Shown: positions 45,684 through 55,263, numbered from the stretch's first letter. The stretch is 64,000 bases of DNA from Desulfobacterales bacterium (GCA_041740615.1 JBGSLR010000018.1:67379-131378), one strand, 5' to 3'. Numbers and translations are program-made. Notes: a model not told the origin generated them from the letters alone.

Positions 45684-47624
45684 ATGCCTGCGAAACGTAT
45701 CCGGCTCAGCCGGAAACATTCCGCTGAAATTCATCAGAGAGGACGTCCGTTGAATAGTCAGAATAAATCCGAATGGAAACAGAAAATCGTCACACCCGCT
45801 GCCGTGATGGAAAAAATCAAGCCTGGTATGAGTATTTTCATTACCACCGGCTTGGCGGAACCCAGAACCCTGGTCAAACACCTGATGGCCTCGACTGCCC
45901 CCAATTTGCAGGATCTTTCCCTGATTCAGCTGGTAAGTCTCGGTGACGCCATTTCCATTCAGGAACTCAATACCCAGAAATACCGTCTGAAAACTTTTTT
46001 CTCCGGCTGGGTGGCCAGTGAAGCCATCGTTGCCGGTCGGGTAGATTTGATACCAAGTCGTTTCTCGAGAATCCCGGGGTTGATCGCATCCCGGAAAATC
46101 CCACTGGATGTGGCGTTTATTCAAGTAACGCCCCCCAACGAAGCCGGTTATTGCAGCCTGGGGGTGTCGGTGGATGCGGCCCATCACGCCATTGATCATG
46201 CCGGTTTCGTCGTGGGTGAAATCAATACCAAAATACCGCAAACCTTTGGAGATACCTTTGTCCCGGCTTCCAGTTTTGATATGCTGATCGAATCCACCGA
46301 TGATCCCATCTATTTCGACAGATGGCCGGTGGACGAGGTTTTCGATCAAGTTGCGGCCAACGTCGCCAGAGAAATCGAGGACGGCAGCTGTATCTCTTTT
46401 TCCATCGGCCCTCTGTTCGAAGCCTTGAGCCCCCATCTTACCTCCAAGCGCAATCTCGGCATCCATACGCCTTTTTTTACCGACGCTCTGATGGACCTCG
46501 TAAAAAGCGGCGCCGTTACCAACCGGAACAAATCAATTTGGCGGGGAAAATCGGTCGCCTCCTATGCCTTCGGCAGTAAAGAACTGATGTGCTGGCTGGA
46601 TCGAAACCCGTTGGTTGAATTTCAAAGCACCGACAAGGTCTTCGATTCCATTCAAATCGGTCGCAACCCCAAATTCACCCTGGTATTACCGGCCCGCAAA
46701 GTAGACCTCTCCGGCCGAATCGCTCTCCATGCCGGAAAAGGAAACGTCGCCGCCAGCCCGGGGGAAGCAATCGAATTTGTCTCCGGTTCGCAGATCTCCG
46801 AGGGAGGCGTCACGATCTTCGCCCTTCCCAGCCGTAACCTTCAAAAATCACCCAACATCCGACTTTCGGTGGAAAATTTTCCAAACCAGTTCGGTCTGCG
46901 GGAATCGGTCGATATGGTCGTTACGGAATACGGCGTGGCGAATTTGTCTGGTCGGACGGTCCGGGAACGCGCCCAGGCGCTGATTGAAATCGCCCATCCG
47001 GATGACCGCGCCGAACTCGTCGCCCAAGCCAAGGCTGAGAAAATCCTGTATGAAGATCAGATGTTTCTGGCCGAAGTCGCCAGTCTATATCCGGCCGATG
47101 TCGCCACCAGACATACCTTCAAAAACGGGCTCGAAGTCCGTTTTCGCGCCATCAAGCCTTCCGATGAGGAAGAAATGCGGCGCCTGTTTTATCGGTTCTC
47201 CGACGAGGCGGTGTATTATCGCTATTTCTCATCCATTAAGGCCATGCCCCATAATAAAATGCAAAAATATGTCAACGTGGATTATCGAAAAGTGATGTCC
47301 ATTGTGGGTGTAGTCGGTGAAGCCGGCCAAGGTCAAATTATTGCGGAAGCGCGTTTCGTGAAGGACAATGGGAATCCGCCCTTCGCCGATGTCGCTTTCG
47401 TCGTGGATGAAACCTATCAGGGAGTGGGGATCGCAACCTTTATGTACCAGATGCTCCAACGCCTGGCCAAAGACAGGGGGATTCATGGTTTTACAGCGGA
47501 TGTGCTTTCCTCCAACACATCCATGATGAAAGTCTTTGAAAAAGGCGCCGGGCCGCTGAAAGCCAAGCTGGAATACGGAGCGTATTCTCTGACGATTCCA
47601 TTCGACCCACAAGGCCGAACGTAA
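45684..47624 (+). CDS. Acetyl-CoA hydrolase/transferase-family domain fused to a C-terminal GNAT acetyltransferase domain
   Basis: The N-terminal ~450 aa resemble acetyl-CoA hydrolase/transferase (MSIFITTGLAEP, PPNEAGYCSLGVSVD). The C-terminal ~170 aa form a GNAT domain (IRFRAIKPSDEEEMRRLFY..VDETYQGVGIATFMYQML). Confidence 0.75.
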   Translation: MPAKRIRLSRKHSAEIHQRGRPLNSQNKSEWKQKIVTPAAVMEKIKPGMSIFITTGLAEPRTLVKHLMASTAPNLQDLSLIQLVSLGDAISIQELNTQKYRLKTFFSGWVASEAIVAGRVDLIPSRFSRIPGLIASRKIPLDVAFIQVTPPNEAGYCSLGVSVDAAHHAIDHAGFVVGEINTKIPQTFGDTFVPASSFDMLIESTDDPIYFDRWPVDEVFDQVAANVAREIEDGSCISFSIGPLFEALSPHLTSKRNLGIHTPFFTDALMDLVKSGAVTNRNKSIWRGKSVASYAFGSKELMCWLDRNPLVEFQSTDKVFDSIQIGRNPKFTLVLPARKVDLSGRIALHAGKGNVAASPGEAIEFVSGSQISEGGVTIFALPSRNLQKSPNIRLSVENFPNQFGLRESVDMVVTEYGVANLSGRTVRERAQALIEIAHPDDRAELVAQAKAEKILYEDQMFLAEVASLYPADVATRHTFKNGLEVRFRAIKPSDEEEMRRLFYRFSDEAVYYRYFSSIKAMPHNKMQKYVNVDYRKVMSIVGVVGEAGQGQIIAEARFVKDNGNPPFADVAFVVDETYQGVGIATFMYQMLQRLAKDRGIHGFTADVLSSNTSMMKVFEKGAGPLKAKLEYGAYSLTIPFDPQGRT

Positions 47625-47730
47625 CCGAGTCGAACATCACTTTGAAGCGTTTGACGGAGGCTGTTGCTGAACACGAGGAAACAGGTCTGAAAATGGATGA
47701 ACCGGAAAAACCGGCTGCAAGAACTCTCTT

Positions 47731-48090
47731 CTAAAACAGAACCGGTTCGAAATAGTTGACACCCACTTCATAGCTCGGGGGGTTGCTGCCCCGCTTTCTG
47801 CGGCACCACCTGACCTCGGCCCTGTATCCCTTACGCGATTCGGGGCCGCTTGATTCCGGCCTGTGATTTTTTATTTTAATATATATCTCAACCCCTTTCG
47901 GAAGAGCGAATTCCGCTTCGAAACACATGCCACCCATGCTGTGATTTCGCATGACGGCTTGATAGAAATTGTTGGTGTTGTAAAATTCATATAAAATCGG
48001 TGCCGAATGAGAGCTGCGGGTATACGCTCTTTGTTCGGCGAAGGGCCTCGTGTCTGCCCTGCCGTTTCTCCAAATTCCATCTTCATACAT
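47731..48090 (-). CDS. PilZ-domain protein
   Basis: It has QRAYTR (RxxxR) and RNHSMGGMCFE (N-x-S-x-x-G). Confidence 0.6.
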   Translation of the reverse strand: MYEDGIWRNGRADTRPFAEQRAYTRSSHSAPILYEFYNTNNFYQAVMRNHSMGGMCFEAEFALPKGVEIYIKIKNHRPESSGPESRKGYRAEVRWCRRKRGSNPPSYEVGVNYFEPVLF

Positions 48091-48384
48091 CTAGGAAAGT
48101 CTCCGTTCTCACTGATAATCTCTTGCACCTGAACATCGCGTTTGACCGAGGTTCCAATACCGGAGCCAAGCGAATCGGTTAACGGGACCATAATTCAGTT
48201 ATTTTTGTGTGTCAAGGGAAAAAAAATACAACATATAGTGTTGCCAAATGACTACATTGTCCCTGCTCCCCAGGCACGGTATCTCCATTGGAATGGTCGC
48301 TTCCATATCCGGACGTGAAATGAATGTTCTTTGGTGACGGCAGGTTGTGATCAGCAGGGCGGGAAACGGCACCTATCCGAGAAT

Positions 48385-48702
48385 TCACGGATCATATCGG
48401 ACGCCAAGAATGAAAAAGCCGGAATTCCCATCTCCGGTTTCCCGGCACCACGCCACCTGTGCTTCAAGGATCAGGCAATAATTCATCATTTTGATGACAA
48501 TTCGGGAACCCGGTGACAGGGAGGTTCTGGATTGGAAACACATTCCGGCTGCGTCCATGGACAAGGCCCAACCGTTATGATATTCATGTGACCCTCGGCA
48601 GGCGAAAACAATGGGACTTCTCTCGTCGTGACGTTCCGTTTTGCGCCTTTCCGTGGGAACTGGGGATGTTTTTTTCTCTATCGGTCGATCATTCGTCATC
48701 AC
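48385..48702 (-). CDS. PilZ-domain protein
   Basis: It has ERRKTER followed by LSMDAAGMCFQS. Confidence 0.6.
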   Translation of the reverse strand: MMTNDRPIEKKTSPVPTERRKTERHDERSPIVFACRGSHEYHNGWALSMDAAGMCFQSRTSLSPGSRIVIKMMNYCLILEAQVAWCRETGDGNSGFFILGVRYDP

Positions 48703-48713
48703 ATCGACCGTCG

Positions 48714-49325
48714 TTATCGGATGAGGATCGATGCACCGTTTCTGGGGTTCCCGTTTTTTCGACGATCCGGTTTCCGCCGACGTCCTTTGTCGTTCTGCCA
48801 GCCGGGATAAAAAATAAACGGGTCCTCGACTCGATAGGGATAACGCCGATCCGTGCCGCTGCGCCGGTCGATCAACGGGCCGCAGGTGTGGAGTTGAATG
48901 AATTTCCGCAATCGAAACAACTGGTGCTGATTCAGATTATGGAACCGCACGCAGCGTCTTCTGATCTGTTGACTGGAATTCATTTCCGCGATCTCGTAAT
49001 CCAATATGGTTCGAAACGGGAAGCGGTATAGAAACAAACCGTAATCGGGCATTTCCACGGAAAGCTCCGTAAAATCGCCTGCGCGCGATTTCGTATCCAG
49101 ATATTCCACTGCCAATCCGCCATGGCTGATGTCGACGACCGGTCCCAATCGAATAATTTTCGGCGAGACCGCTTTGACGAATCGCGGTTGAAAAAAAACA
49201 ACGCGCGCACAACCCCGGATCTGATAGCGGGCATCTTGCCGCCGTTGCCCGTCTATTGCGGCACAGGGGATCTTCGGTCTACGAACTTTCCGAGGTATGC
49301 TTTCGATAAAATACATTGGGATCAC
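48714..49325 (-). CDS. PilZ-domain protein with an Arg-rich tail
   Basis: It has QRRQDAR, VDISHGGLAVEY and the tail DRRSGTDRR..GRRRKPDRRK. The GTG start overlaps the stop of the TolC-like gene (GTGA). An alternative ATG lies at 49316. Confidence 0.65.
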   Translation of the reverse strand: MIPMYFIESIPRKVRRPKIPCAAIDGQRRQDARYQIRGCARVVFFQPRFVKAVSPKIIRLGPVVDISHGGLAVEYLDTKSRAGDFTELSVEMPDYGLFLYRFPFRTILDYEIAEMNSSQQIRRRCVRFHNLNQHQLFRLRKFIQLHTCGPLIDRRSGTDRRYPYRVEDPFIFYPGWQNDKGRRRKPDRRKNGNPRNGASILIR

Positions 49326-50812
49326 TTATCGTTCGTTTCTTGTTGAAACATGGGCCCCAGCAAACCGATGGCTCTACCGATATCCGCCAGTGCCTTTTCT
49401 CGATCAAAATATGCCGTTGCGGCACTGATGCGCGCCGAATTCCGGGCGAATTCCGTTTCCAGATATCTCGTAATCGTCGCGGAACCTCCTTCAAACTGGA
49501 TTTTGACCAGTTCCAACGATTCTTCCGCACTGGCCACGCTTTTTTCAGCGACCGCAAGACGCGCGCCGGCTTCCTCCAACTTCAGGTAGGCGTTCTTGAC
49601 ATCCAACTGAATTGCCAGCACATTCTTCCGATCGGCGGCCAAAATTTCTTCCAGCCGCGCAGACGCTTGTCGATTCGATGCCCGGGTGGACAGGCCGGTA
49701 AAAAAATACCAGTTCAGCACCATTCCCACGGTCCAATTCTGTCTATCCCGCTCATAGTCGAAATCCGGATCGTCGTGGTAGTATTTCCCCTGAAGATCCA
49801 ACGTGGGTAAATATTCGGCCTTGACCGCATCAATGGCCATACGGGACTGGCTGAGCTGTTCCCGGACCTTTTTCAGTTCCGGCCGTTTTTCCAAGGCCTG
49901 CACCACTCCGTCTGCGTAGCTTTCCGGAACGGTAATGGGTCGGAACGTTGTTTTTTTAAACTGGATTTCCCGGTCGGGACGCAGTCCCATCAGGTTGCTC
50001 AAGGACGCCATGGACATCTGCAACCGGTTCCGACTGACCAGCACCTCTTCATTTGCCCTCGCCAGACGGACTTCCAGGGAAAGGATATCCGATTTCAAAG
50101 CACTTCCCGCATTGAAACGCGACTGCATGATAGTGAGTTGCGATTGGACGGTCGTCACCGATTCCTCCGCGATCTTGATGAAATCCTGAGCAGCCAGGTA
50201 ATCATAATACGCCATTATGATCGCGGCTACCAGTGAATTTTCAACAGTCAGACGATCCAGATGTGAAATTGTCAGGCCGGTGACCGCCATTCTTCGTTGT
50301 AACCAGTCTTTGCCGCCGTTGAACAGATTCATTCGGCCCACCAGCCCGGTTTCCATATTCCGAAACCAACCCGGATCATTGAAATCCGTGCCGGGGGCCA
50401 GGGTGCGCTGGTCGATGGTCTTGAAGAGATAGGCGGAGGGAGCGTCTCCCTGCATATATTCACTGTAAATCCCGACGGCCGGATAAAAGGCGGCCTGGGC
50501 CATATCGGCCGCCGCCTGGGCCTGACGAATCCGGGTCATGGCCATTTGGCTGTCGGGATTGTTTTTCAGGGCTATGCCGATGGCTTCCAGAAGGTCGATG
50601 GGGCGATCAAGAGTGCATCGGGTCGCCTCGTCTCGCTGGTTGCCGCTGCGTTCGGCGCTTTCCAACAGACAAACGGCGTCGGCATATTCCTCGCGAATGC
50701 TGGAATAATCGTACCTCCCCCCCCCGGCCATGGCGGATTCGAACGGCATTCCACCCGTCATAAAAATAAAGACCACCAAACAACCGAATTTTCTGATTAG
50801 CATCCTGTTCAC
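49322..50812 (-). CDS. TolC-family outer-membrane channel protein
   Basis: It has a signal peptide and two repeats of the TolC helical/strand pattern (LLEAIGIALKNNPDSQMAMTRIRQAQAA..., LVKIQFEGGSATITRYLETE). It starts 4-13 nt after the stop of the cytochrome gene. Confidence 0.8.
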   Translation of the reverse strand: MNRMLIRKFGCLVVFIFMTGGMPFESAMAGGGRYDYSSIREEYADAVCLLESAERSGNQRDEATRCTLDRPIDLLEAIGIALKNNPDSQMAMTRIRQAQAAADMAQAAFYPAVGIYSEYMQGDAPSAYLFKTIDQRTLAPGTDFNDPGWFRNMETGLVGRMNLFNGGKDWLQRRMAVTGLTISHLDRLTVENSLVAAIIMAYYDYLAAQDFIKIAEESVTTVQSQLTIMQSRFNAGSALKSDILSLEVRLARANEEVLVSRNRLQMSMASLSNLMGLRPDREIQFKKTTFRPITVPESYADGVVQALEKRPELKKVREQLSQSRMAIDAVKAEYLPTLDLQGKYYHDDPDFDYERDRQNWTVGMVLNWYFFTGLSTRASNRQASARLEEILAADRKNVLAIQLDVKNAYLKLEEAGARLAVAEKSVASAEESLELVKIQFEGGSATITRYLETEFARNSARISAATAYFDREKALADIGRAIGLLGPMFQQETNDK

Positions 50813-50816
50813 CTTG

Positions 50817-53486
50817 TTATTGCGTGTTGCGAAACATACCCAGCATATTCGGATGGTGAATTTCTTCCGTCATATCAACTGTATGACATGTCTTGCAATT
50901 CCGGTTGGCACCGATGGGATACGCCTCGCCCTGATACTGAACCGGCTGAACAGTATCCCGGTTATGTCCAAAAATATTCTCGGCCGGATAAACAGCATGG
51001 GTAATCCCATGACATGCCGGACAGCGCAGGCCGACCTCATCGGTGCGACGACGAAACAACTGTTCTTCGGATTTGGTCCATTGATTGAGTTCCACCTGAT
51101 CCACATCCGGAGGCTGAAATTCCTGGTGGCAGTTCAAACAATCCGGTTCGTTCACCCAGGGCTTTCGCGCCGCTATTTTATTCATATCGTCGGTCATTTT
51201 CGGCGTCAAGTTTTTCATCAATCGGGAGGCACCCTTTTTGGCGGCATTCAATTCCGTCACCAGCAGTCCGATGGCGTGGTCTTCCATCCGGGCATGACAA
51301 TTGGTGCAATCGAGACCCAGGGTATGATGAATTCCCCGAAACCCGCGCGTGAACCCTTCGGATGAAGCCGGATGACAAAGAACACAGGCATCCGCACCGC
51401 GGCCGGTCATGTAATTGGCGTGAAATCCATGGATCGCCGCCGAGAGGTTGATGCCCTCCGGTTTACCGGGATCGTCCTCCCGGGAAGGATGGCATTCACG
51501 ACAGGATCGGGGGGCGCCATCTCCGGCCCGGACCGCCAGATCGGTGCGGTTGATACGATCGTGGACGGTCAGAATGTCACGGGCGGTAGGGTCCGAAATC
51601 CCCGCTGTTTGTTGGACGCGCCATGGACCGCCATGGCAATGACGGCACCCCATCTCCGTCGACACCGCAGCCGTGAACTTCGTCGCGGCCAGCAGATTCC
51701 CGCTGGAACGGTCCCTGGCTTCGACGGCAATCAGTGGGTAAGGCTGAAACTCATCGGCCGACGTATAGGGCACCACCGGGACTTTACGAGCAATAAAGCT
51801 GAGGTTTTCTTCCATGAATTCCATGCGATCCGTGACACTTTTCCCAGCCGCACCCATGTTCGGCGCCACTTCCTTTCCCACCAGCGTTTTTGCGAAACGC
51901 CAGTAGTCCACTTGCCGCGCAGGGGTCTCGAATCCGGCCTCGATCCGATATGTCATATCCACTCCATCCGAAACGATTTCGGGCGCCTCACCCCGTCGAA
52001 CCAGTTGGGCATGGATATCGAGTCCCGGAGAGGTAAGGCTGAAAAAACAATCCGCATCCGAAAGCAGTTGCATTCCCTGGTCGCTCCAGGCCAGCAGCAC
52101 ATATCCATCTGTTGCATCATGGAACAGGGGCTGTTCAAACGGACGTTGCGCAGGAGCGATCACCGGCGTTTCCCGATCGATGACCTGATTCAATTCTTCC
52201 ACGATATATATGGCAAGCGCCTGTTTTTCTTCTTCGGTTCCGGGAAATGGCGGCATATAGTCATTGACCTTGCCCATTCCGTCCAGCATGGCCGCCATTC
52301 CGGCCACGGGCAACGTTCGGGTCAGCGCCTTGATATCCTGCAACGGGCCGCCGATGGAATGACATCCCGAACACATGAGTCGGAATAGATCCCGACCGAC
52401 GGCCATTTGATTGTCTTTTCCAATCGTTCGGCGTTGGGTCCAACGCGTGGATGCAAGGATTCCCTGTTGCGCCACCTTCTCCATATCTTGTGCCGAAACG
52501 GAGTTCGAATAGGTGACACCGTAAAGAATATAGGGTCGGCGACCGGCTTCCCGAATCCATTCAAACGACCCCATGAAGAAAAAGCCCGCAATGAGCAGGC
52601 CGAAGGCGATGATCCGCTTGCGCCGTATGGAAAAAGGCCGCGCCATCATCAGGCATCCCACAATGAACAACAGCGCACCGATCGCCGCAAATAATGTTAA
52701 AAAGGGCCGTATTTCAGGAGAACGATCGAATATGACGGCGGTCTGCGGTTCCGGCAACACCGCGATATATCCGTAAGCGGCGACCATCAGCAGCAAAAAG
52801 GGAAACAGCACCCATTTTGCGCAATACCGCATCAGTATCTCCTGAAGGGCTTCCTCTCTGGTGAATACGGCGGTAACGAGTCCGAAAATTCCGGCCAGCA
52901 TGAGCGCCATGAAGGTTCGGAAAAAAAGGGCCGGCCAAAAAGTCGGATTGAAAAAGCCATGCCAGAAGTTTTGGGTGACGAGCCATTTCCCGGGGGTCAG
53001 CATGAATGCGATTATGCCGTTGATGATAAAAAGGGACAGGAAAGCGAACAGAGCATATAGCCATCCGATACGCATATGCCGGCCGCGTTCCATACTGTCG
53101 AAGGTGTAATAATAGATGAACAGGGAAATGATTTCGCACAGAAAAAAGACCCATTCGGTTGCAAACGCAAACACAAAAATATGGATCAGTTTGCTGGTGG
53201 CGGTGGGATTCAGAAGCGATATGGTAAACCAGATGCCGACGCCGGTCAGGGCGCCGAACACCATGGTCAGCAGCAAGAAAAAACGGCTGTGACGATGCAC
53301 ATAGGCGAGCAGCGCCCAGGAGTTTTCACGAACGGCCTTGCGTTCGGTCAAAACCAGAAAAAGCCCCCCGCCGACGGCGAAATGCGAGACATAGACATGG
53401 ACGGTTGCCATCAGGGCGATGAGAAAGCCGCCGCCGAGAGCCCCCAGATCCCATACCGGATAATGGATCAGCCAGATCGAATTCAT
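50817..53486 (-). CDS. Cytochrome-bd subunit-I (CydA)-like 8-TM membrane domain fused to a periplasmic eight-haem c-type cytochrome domain
   Basis: The protein is 889 aa starting at MNSIW, with the ATG overlapping the upstream stop (ATGA). The first ~320 aa align by eye to CydA landmarks: LMATVHVYVSHFAVGGG (helix-1 His region), FGALTGVG, ATEWVFFLCE and EAGRRPY (compare GRQPW). The rest carries CSGCH, CRHCH, CRECH, CVLCH, CTNCH, CLNCH, CPACH and CKTCH. Confidence 0.75.
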   Translation of the reverse strand: MNSIWLIHYPVWDLGALGGGFLIALMATVHVYVSHFAVGGGLFLVLTERKAVRENSWALLAYVHRHSRFFLLLTMVFGALTGVGIWFTISLLNPTATSKLIHIFVFAFATEWVFFLCEIISLFIYYYTFDSMERGRHMRIGWLYALFAFLSLFIINGIIAFMLTPGKWLVTQNFWHGFFNPTFWPALFFRTFMALMLAGIFGLVTAVFTREEALQEILMRYCAKWVLFPFLLLMVAAYGYIAVLPEPQTAVIFDRSPEIRPFLTLFAAIGALLFIVGCLMMARPFSIRRKRIIAFGLLIAGFFFMGSFEWIREAGRRPYILYGVTYSNSVSAQDMEKVAQQGILASTRWTQRRTIGKDNQMAVGRDLFRLMCSGCHSIGGPLQDIKALTRTLPVAGMAAMLDGMGKVNDYMPPFPGTEEEKQALAIYIVEELNQVIDRETPVIAPAQRPFEQPLFHDATDGYVLLAWSDQGMQLLSDADCFFSLTSPGLDIHAQLVRRGEAPEIVSDGVDMTYRIEAGFETPARQVDYWRFAKTLVGKEVAPNMGAAGKSVTDRMEFMEENLSFIARKVPVVPYTSADEFQPYPLIAVEARDRSSGNLLAATKFTAAVSTEMGCRHCHGGPWRVQQTAGISDPTARDILTVHDRINRTDLAVRAGDGAPRSCRECHPSREDDPGKPEGINLSAAIHGFHANYMTGRGADACVLCHPASSEGFTRGFRGIHHTLGLDCTNCHARMEDHAIGLLVTELNAAKKGASRLMKNLTPKMTDDMNKIAARKPWVNEPDCLNCHQEFQPPDVDQVELNQWTKSEEQLFRRRTDEVGLRCPACHGITHAVYPAENIFGHNRDTVQPVQYQGEAYPIGANRNCKTCHTVDMTEEIHHPNMLGMFRNTQ

Positions 53487-54577
53487 GGCGCAGGGTCCAT
53501 CCTCTCCTCCTTCGACCGAAACGCCAGCCGGAGCATATACCCGATAACGGCTGCTCCGGAAATAAGCGAAACGATAAAAACAATCATGGGTCCGTATTGC
53601 GGTTGAACCGGTATGACCTTCATCTCGTGATACGGCTGCAGGTATGCCGCCCGGATCAGATCCCGCAGAAGGACCATTGCCGCGGTAACGACCAGGGTGA
53701 GCCAGATCGTCGGCCATACCCGCCGTTTCAAGGCCAGGTAAATTCCGCCAAGCCCGCCGCAAATCCCGACCAGCAACAAACCGGCGAAATACGGATCGCC
53801 GCCCATGATGAGACCGCGGACCGGTGTAGGCAATTTCACGAGGAACCAGACACCGACGATCATCTGCGTTCCGGTAGCCAGGATGTAGTATCGCATTCCC
53901 CGGTCGACATGCCCAGCCGCCCCGGCCTCTCCCGTCGGTTTTCCGGTGGACCGGACAGCCGCCATGAACAATCCGGCCACGGCCACGGAGGCAGTCACGA
54001 AATGTACGAAACGCGGCCACAAAATCGGATCGCGCAGATTGAGCAGGGTACCGCCGGCATTGGTAAAATAGGCTATCCAAGCCGACGGCCGTTGCATCAG
54101 GGTCATGTTGTTGACGAACACAAAGGCGATATATAGAAACAGCAAGGGAATCAGTCCGATCAGGAAATGAGAGAACCGCCCCAAGGCGTCGAATTTGTAT
54201 TTCATGAGATATGCACTGTAATAGGCGACGATCAGGACACCGATGACCGATAGCCAATATACACCCATGAGAATGGAACTGGGATAGATCAGATTGCCGT
54301 AGAGTACTTGAAGAAACAGCAACGGGGCGACGCCTGCATTGACGGCAAAGGCGATGACAAACGGCAGTTTTTGAAAAATATCCCGCTCGAAATCCCGCAC
54401 ACCGGTCCCTTTGCCCCGATGATTTCCGCAGACCTCCAACAGGGCAATCAGACTGCTGCCGAGCACGATATTCATGAACAGCAGGTGAATGAAAAAGGTC
54501 ACGATCTGAAAAAAACGGAGCCAGCCCCAATGAACCGGAATTGCATCGGGCGTCGGTATGAGTGTGGCGATGTTCAT
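53483..54577 (-). CDS. CydA-like/CydB-position integral membrane protein (about 9 TM), partner of 50817..53486
   Basis: Helix 1 (VTFFIHLLFMNIVLGSSLIALLE) and helix 2 (AFAVNAGVAPLLFLQ) resemble CydA. There are ATGA overlaps at both ends. Confidence 0.55.
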   Translation of the reverse strand: MNIATLIPTPDAIPVHWGWLRFFQIVTFFIHLLFMNIVLGSSLIALLEVCGNHRGKGTGVRDFERDIFQKLPFVIAFAVNAGVAPLLFLQVLYGNLIYPSSILMGVYWLSVIGVLIVAYYSAYLMKYKFDALGRFSHFLIGLIPLLFLYIAFVFVNNMTLMQRPSAWIAYFTNAGGTLLNLRDPILWPRFVHFVTASVAVAGLFMAAVRSTGKPTGEAGAAGHVDRGMRYYILATGTQMIVGVWFLVKLPTPVRGLIMGGDPYFAGLLLVGICGGLGGIYLALKRRVWPTIWLTLVVTAAMVLLRDLIRAAYLQPYHEMKVIPVQPQYGPMIVFIVSLISGAAVIGYMLRLAFRSKEERMDPAP

Positions 54578-55263
54578 GCGTGAAATTCCCCCAAACGGTT
54601 TGTCGACGCCGCCAAGCGGGCCACGGTCGTATTATGCAGGTCTCCGTCCAGATACATTCTCACCATGGCGTGATCCTTCTTCAAGGCTTCCGTGGCGCGG
54701 CGAATTTCATCCGGCCCGATCATCCTCGCCGCCCAGGCCGCCAGACCACGACAGGACGGATCCTCCGATGATAAATACGGCAGCAACAAGGGGCCCGCTT
54801 CTTTCAGCAGTTGTGGTCTTTTCTGGGCCAGTCGCCCGACACCCCACAAGACACCCCGCTGGAGCATTTCATATTCGATGTAATTGCCATCCGGCCGAAG
54901 ATAAGAAACCAGGATGCGGTGATATTCCCCGGCCAGGCTTGCCTGCCTGGCCATGATATCTCCCATGGACTCCGGTATCCCCCAGCCGATACCGCCGGAT
55001 TCATCGTTCAAGGCCCACATGAAACGCCGCATGACAACCCTGGCCGACTCCATTTCCCGGTCCGCAAGGGTTGCAACCACCGTTCCCGTGGCTGAAACCG
55101 CCCGCCACCGGATAAACTCATCCCGATGGCATAACAGCGACAGCAGCGCGCTCACCGTTTTACGGGATGGAAGACGGACCACTTCCATCAACATGGCATC
55201 CATATCCGCCTGTTGAAGGATTGCCGCTACTTGCCGTCTGTATGTTCCTGCGCCCATGGCCAC
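54574..55263 (-). CDS. HEAT/armadillo-like repeat protein (conserved hypothetical)
   Basis: It has repeated helical hairpins with HEAT-like signatures (LLCHRDEFIRWRAVSATG, LSSEDPSCRGLAAWAA). The stop overlaps the next start (ATGA). The start is GTG at 55263 or ATG at 55257. Confidence 0.5.
   Translation of the reverse strand: MAMGAGTYRRQVAAILQQADMDAMLMEVVRLPSRKTVSALLSLLCHRDEFIRWRAVSATGTVVATLADREMESARVVMRRFMWALNDESGGIGWGIPESMGDIMARQASLAGEYHRILVSYLRPDGNYIEYEMLQRGVLWGVGRLAQKRPQLLKEAGPLLLPYLSSEDPSCRGLAAWAARMIGPDEIRRATEALKKDHAMVRMYLDGDLHNTTVARLAASTNRLGEFHA

Noticed and set aside
53487-54530. The N-terminal 348 codons of the listed 1237-aa ORF (50817..54530), read as part of one giant protein.
   Set aside because: This part overlaps, out of frame, the well-formed membrane-protein ORF 53483..54577 and has Arg/Gly-rich junk composition. 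The CydA-like sequence begins at MNSIW (ATG 53486), which forms an ATGA overlap with the upstream stop.
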